DNA of 32,000 nt from Staphylothermus marinus F1 (lineage in GTDB: Archaea; Thermoproteota; Thermoprotei_A; Sulfolobales; Desulfurococcaceae), in assembly GCF_000015945.1 (NCBI RefSeq), contig NC_009033.1, positions 780,001 to 812,000 on the forward strand, given 5' to 3'. A program made the translations under genes and the position numbers. Shown piece after piece: positions 28,225 through 32,000 of the stretch. Position 1 is the stretch's first letter; every line of letters begins with the position of its first letter. Below the pieces are notes generated by a model, which searched no databases, was not told where the DNA came from, and worked only from the letters and a program-made list of their open reading frames with translations.

Positions 28225-28287
28225 CGTAAGAGTTTTAAGGGTGATATAATAGTTTTGGTATTGCAGAAAAGAAACGGTGAATCGGTA

Positions 28288-28881
28288 GTGGCAGAGGAAA
28301 GTGTTGTTGTAAAAGTTAATGAGATTAAACTATTTGGTAAATGGAGCTATGATAACATTATAGTGCGAGATCCAGGTTTGAAAAGATATCTTTGTCTAAA
28401 ACCAGTATTCCTACCTCACACTGGTGGAAGACACGAGCATCGCAGGTTTGGTAAGGCCGAGGTACCAATAGTTGAAAGACTCATAAACAAAATAATGAGG
28501 CCAGGCAGGAATACTGGGAAGAAACATTTGGCTTACAACATTGTAAAGAAAGCCTTCGACCTAATATATTTGAAAACAGGAGAGAATCCTATACAGGTTC
28601 TTGTTCGAGCAATAGAATATGCTGCACCAAGAGAAGAAACTACTAGGATAATGTATGGAGGCATAGTTTATCATGTTGCAGTCGATATTGCTCCTCAAAG
28701 AAGAATTGATTTAGCATTGAAACATTTAACTGATGGAGCCCGTAATAAATCGTTTAATAATCCACTACCAATAGAGGAAGCATTAGCAGAGGAAATTATT
28801 CTAGCAGCAAATAATGATCCGAGAAGCTATGCTATTCAGAAGAAAGAAGAAATAGAAAGAATAGCTCTCAGCAGTAGATAA
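28288..28881 (+). CDS. rps7: 30S ribosomal protein S7 (uS7)
   Basis: IKLFGKWSY...V.DPGLKRY, RFGKA..PIVERL.N..MR.GRNTGKK, family C-terminus. Start moved from 28174 to GTG 28288, which gives a ~198-aa protein of normal archaeal length. GGTGA lies 7 nt upstream. Confidence 0.9.
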   Translation: MAEESVVVKVNEIKLFGKWSYDNIIVRDPGLKRYLCLKPVFLPHTGGRHEHRRFGKAEVPIVERLINKIMRPGRNTGKKHLAYNIVKKAFDLIYLKTGENPIQVLVRAIEYAAPREETTRIMYGGIVYHVAVDIAPQRRIDLALKHLTDGARNKSFNNPLPIEEALAEEIILAANNDPRSYAIQKKEEIERIALSSR

Positions 28882-29083
28882 TGAATAACATTACTTCCTA
28901 TAGGGTATTCTATATCCTACAAAACTGATTTAATCATACAACAAAGTTCTTCAAGGATAGCTTTATAAATACTATATCGAATTAGTATTTCTAGCATAGT
29001 GTAAAAGTATATTATAAATATAAAAACCCTAAACATGTATTTAATTCGGAGTAGATTAAATGACATGAATGGGGTAGATTAGT

Positions 29084-30400
29084 ATGAGCTCTGGAAAACC
29101 ACACTTAAACCTAGTAGTAATCGGGCACGTAGACCATGGTAAGAGTACATTAGTAGGACATATACTATACCGATTAGGACTCGTCGATCAAAAAACAATA
29201 CAGATGCTAGAAGAAGAAGCTAAAAAGAGAGGAAAAGAGAGCTTCAAGTTTGCATGGCTACTTGACAAGCTTAAGGAAGAGCGTGAGCGCGGAGTAACAA
29301 TAGCGTTAACCTACATGAAATTCGAGACTAGAAGATACATCTTCACAATTATTGATGCGCCAGGACACAGAGACTTCGTTAAAAACATGATTACAGGTGC
29401 AAGCCAAGCAGATGCAGCATTACTAGTAGTAAGTGCTCGTAAAGGTGAGTTCGAAGCAGGCATGAGCCCTGAAGGACAGACACGTGAACACGCCATCCTA
29501 GCTAAGACAATGGGTATAAACCAATTAATTGTTGCAGTAAACAAGATGGATGCAACAGAGCCTCCATGGAGCCAGAAGAGATATGAGCAAATAAAAACTA
29601 TTCTAGGAAAATTCCTAAAGAGCCTAGGATATGATATAAGTAAGGTACCATTTATCCCCGTATCCGCATGGACCGGAGACAACCTCATTGAGAGATCGCC
29701 AAATATGCCATGGTACAATGGACCAACCCTAGTTGAAGCACTAGATAGCTTAGAGCCACCACCGAAGCCAATAGATAAACCATTAAGAATACCTATACAA
29801 GACGTATATGCTATTAGCGGTGTTGGAACAGTACCCGTTGGACGTGTTGAAACAGGTGTATTAAGGGTTGGCGACAAAGTAGTATTTATGCCGCCGGCAA
29901 AGGTCGGTGAAGTACGTAGCATTGAAACCCACCATGTAAGAATAGAGAAGGCTGAGCCAGGAGACAACATCGGATTCAATGTACGTGGCGTTTCAAAGAG
30001 AGACATTAGACGTGGAGATGTTGCAGGACACCTAGATAACCCACCAACGGTAGCAGAAGAATTCACAGCAAGAGTATTCATAATATGGCATCCAACAGCA
30101 ATTACTGTTGGATACACGCCAGTAATACATATCCACACTGCTAGCGTAGCTAGTAGAATAGTAGAGATTAAAGCCAAACTAGACCCTAGAACTGGTAAGG
30201 TAGTTGAAGAAAACCCACAATTCATTAAAATGGGCGATGCAGCAATTGTGAGATTCAAACCCATCAAGCCATTAGTAGTTGAGAAATACAGTGACTTCCC
30301 ACCATTAGGAAGATTCGCTATGAGAGACATGGGTAAAACAATTGGTATCGGAGTAGTAGTAGATGTTAAGCCAATGAAGATCGAGATAAAGACCAAGTAA
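29084..30400 (+). CDS. tuf: translation elongation factor EF-1alpha (aEF1A)
   Basis: [28 protein letters not shown]-domain motifs plus domains II and III. 438 aa. Confidence 0.95.
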   Translation: MSSGKPHLNLVVIGHVDHGKSTLVGHILYRLGLVDQKTIQMLEEEAKKRGKESFKFAWLLDKLKEERERGVTIALTYMKFETRRYIFTIIDAPGHRDFVKNMITGASQADAALLVVSARKGEFEAGMSPEGQTREHAILAKTMGINQLIVAVNKMDATEPPWSQKRYEQIKTILGKFLKSLGYDISKVPFIPVSAWTGDNLIERSPNMPWYNGPTLVEALDSLEPPPKPIDKPLRIPIQDVYAISGVGTVPVGRVETGVLRVGDKVVFMPPAKVGEVRSIETHHVRIEKAEPGDNIGFNVRGVSKRDIRRGDVAGHLDNPPTVAEEFTARVFIIWHPTAITVGYTPVIHIHTASVASRIVEIKAKLDPRTGKVVEENPQFIKMGDAAIVRFKPIKPLVVEKYSDFPPLGRFAMRDMGKTIGIGVVVDVKPMKIEIKTK

Positions 30401-30507
30401 AATAAGTATTTAACATATGATCTCAACGAAAAATTTTTCTAATACATAAACAACCAATATCTCTATAAACCCTCATAACTCATTGATATGCTGAGGCGTA
30501 GAAAGAA

Positions 30508-30819
30508 ATGTCGACGCCGAGAATGGTTAAGATAAAGATATGGAGCAATAACATCAACATACTAAACGAGTTCATGAACAAAATAACAGATATAGTTAAA
30601 CGTACCGGAGTAAAAATGTCTGGACCAATTCCATTGCCGACGAAGAGACTCGTTGTGAGAACACTTAAACTACCACATGGTGAAGGAAAGAAGAAATGGG
30701 AGAAATGGGAAATGAGAATACATAAGAGACTATTATATATTGCAGCTGATGAAAGAGTAATGAAACAACTTATCCGTGTCAGAGTACCGCCAGAAATATG
30801 GATGGAAATAGAAATTTAA
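30508..30819 (+). CDS. rps10: 30S ribosomal protein S10 (uS10)
   Basis: GPIPLPTKRL...LK.PHGEG.K.WE.WEMRIHKRL. Conserved position after EF-1alpha. Confidence 0.9.
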   Translation: MSTPRMVKIKIWSNNINILNEFMNKITDIVKRTGVKMSGPIPLPTKRLVVRTLKLPHGEGKKKWEKWEMRIHKRLLYIAADERVMKQLIRVRVPPEIWMEIEI

Positions 30820-30951
30820 GCACGTTATTTTATCCATAAAAATAATCGTTTACTCGGATTTTATAAAGGAAATTGTTCATTTAAAAGCTTACTACATAAA
30901 CTAATCTTGTTAACCCAGAGAAACATTTTATCCCTCCATAAGCGAAATAAA

Positions 30952-31050
<99 letters not shown>

Positions 31051-31085
31051 CTTCTTTATATAGTTTTTAACAGCATACATAGTAT

Positions 31086-31151
31086 GGATGATGAAGCGCT
31101 TTAGGAACACGATCCAGTTTTAGGAGATGAAATTTTTCGCCCCTCCTGACA
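31086..31151 (+). ncRNA. candidate C/D box sRNA (2'-O-methylation guide)
   Basis: C box ATGATGA 31088-31094. C'-like AGATGA 31125-31130. D box CTGA 31146-31149. TTTATATA at 31055-31062 is ~26 nt upstream of the predicted 5' end. Weaknesses: there is no clean D' box and the spacers are ~15 nt rather than the usual ~12. Confidence 0.35.
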
Positions 31152-31316
31152 CAACAACTTATTAAAGCCTAATCAGATCCTCAATAAAAAGTATAAAACC
31201 CTGTCTTAAGGGGGAGAAGCACATATAAAAACTAGTTTATCGAGGATTAGACGGTAAGCTTATAATAGGAGTTTATTTATGGTATTGGTTAGGATATTTG
31301 CTTAGAAAAGTTATGC

Positions 31317-31790
31317 ATGGGTGAAGCTGGGGTTTTGAGCAGTGCTAGGAATTATAGATATATAGTGCGTATAGCGGGAACCGATATCGATGGTAGCTTG
31401 AAGACTGTATATGGTTTAGCAGAAATTAAGGGTGTAGGTGTTAACTTAGCCTATGGTATTTGTCGAAGACTTGGTATTGATCCTGAAATGCGTATTGGTT
31501 ATTTAACAGATGAAGAAATAAAGAGAATAGAGGACTTATTAAGTAATCCATCAGCTTATGATATACCTTCATGGATGCTTAATAGGAGAAAAGACTATGT
31601 TACAGGTAAAGATATGCATCTAATAGGTGCTGAACTAATATTCTATGTTAAACAAGATATTGAGAGAGAAAAGAAGATTAAGAGTTGGCGCGGTATACGT
31701 CATGCTCTCGGCTTAAAAGTTCGCGGACAGCGTACACGTACAACTGGTCGCTTAGGATTAACTGTAGGTGTTAGAAAGAAGAGGAGATAA
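31317..31790 (+). CDS. rps13: 30S ribosomal protein S13 (uS13)
   Basis: YIVRIAGTDIDG, KG(V/I)G...A, C-terminal RGQRTRTTGR. The start could instead be TTG 31335, with GGTGA 12 nt upstream. Confidence 0.9.
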   Translation: MGEAGVLSSARNYRYIVRIAGTDIDGSLKTVYGLAEIKGVGVNLAYGICRRLGIDPEMRIGYLTDEEIKRIEDLLSNPSAYDIPSWMLNRRKDYVTGKDMHLIGAELIFYVKQDIEREKKIKSWRGIRHALGLKVRGQRTRTTGRLGLTVGVRKKRR

Positions 31791-31803
31791 AGAGGTGTGA
31801 AAC

Positions 31804-32000
31804 ATGGGTGATCCGAAGAAGCCTAGAAAGAAATGGGAAGGACCACGACATCCATGGCGAAAAGAAGTATTAGTTCAAGAACTTAAGCTTCTGGGAACAT
31901 ATGGTTTAAGAAATAAGAGAGAATTATGGAGAGCACAAACAATTGTTAGGAAGTTCCGTCACCAAGCACGATCACTTCTAGCTGCTCCACAAGAAATACG
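31804..32000 (+). CDS. rps4: 30S ribosomal protein S4 (uS4), 5' partial (runs off the right edge)
   Basis: [18 protein letters not shown]... is the typical archaeal S4 N-terminus. It follows rps13 after 13 nt. Not in the ORF track because it is truncated. Confidence 0.85.
   Translation, partial: MGDPKKPRKKWEGPRHPWRKEVLVQELKLLGTYGLRNKRELWRAQTIVRKFRHQARSLLAAPQEI

Noticed and set aside
28174-28287. 38-codon N-terminal extension of rps7 in the ORF track
   Set aside because: The extension would make S7 abnormally long and it contains the likely TATA box. The GTG at 28288 with an upstream GGTGA gives the normal archaeal length.
29311-30426. 371-aa ORF antisense to EF-1alpha
   Set aside because: It lies entirely within the unmistakable tuf gene. 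The protein is low-complexity (S/T/L/P/I-rich) with no motifs. The strong A/C-ending codon bias of tuf removes stop codons from the opposite strand, so this is a shadow ORF.

Overview
AT-rich archaeal chromosomal segment (about one-third G+C by eye). It has GC-rich tRNAs, an intron-containing tRNA, an unsplit rpoB and a split rpoA, which fits a hyperthermophilic crenarchaeon (Desulfurococcales-like; genus cannot be determined from sequence alone). The window is mostly core housekeeping. Left to right: glmS plus a GlmU/ST0452-like two-domain enzyme; an 824-bp ORF-free spacer; MscS; two diglycine-ended ubiquitin-like beta-grasp genes with a convergent E1-like adenylyltransferase; a circularly permuted GTPase with Fap7/AK6; a DUF1152-like protein; a PP-loop PAPS-reductase-family protein; a large radical-SAM protein (probable tetraether lipid synthase family); tRNA-Gln (intron) and tRNA-Lys; orc1/cdc6 translationally coupled to a DUF99-like gene, with ORB-like repeats upstream; a HAD-GNAT-OSBS/NSAR operon; tRNA-Ala. 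The canonical cluster follows: rpoH-rpoB-rpoA1-rpoA2-rpl30e-nusA-rps12-[opposite-strand gene]-rps7-EF-1alpha-rps10-tRNA-Ser-(candidate C/D sRNA)-rps13-rps4. I found no CRISPR array, transposase, integrase or recognisable defence or toxin system, and no convincing novel multi-gene system. The observations most worth a second look are: (1) the GATC-dense repeat-bearing spacer at 3341-4164; (2) an abrupt reversal of strand composition and synonymous codon choice inside glmS near 1915; (3) ORB-like inverted repeats upstream of orc1/cdc6; (4) a DUF151-like gene with an acidic tail sitting antisense between rps12 and rps7; (5) the Ubl-Ubl-E1 cluster, whose E1 appears to lack the usual crossover-loop Cys. 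All functional calls come from motif recognition by eye and none has been database-verified.
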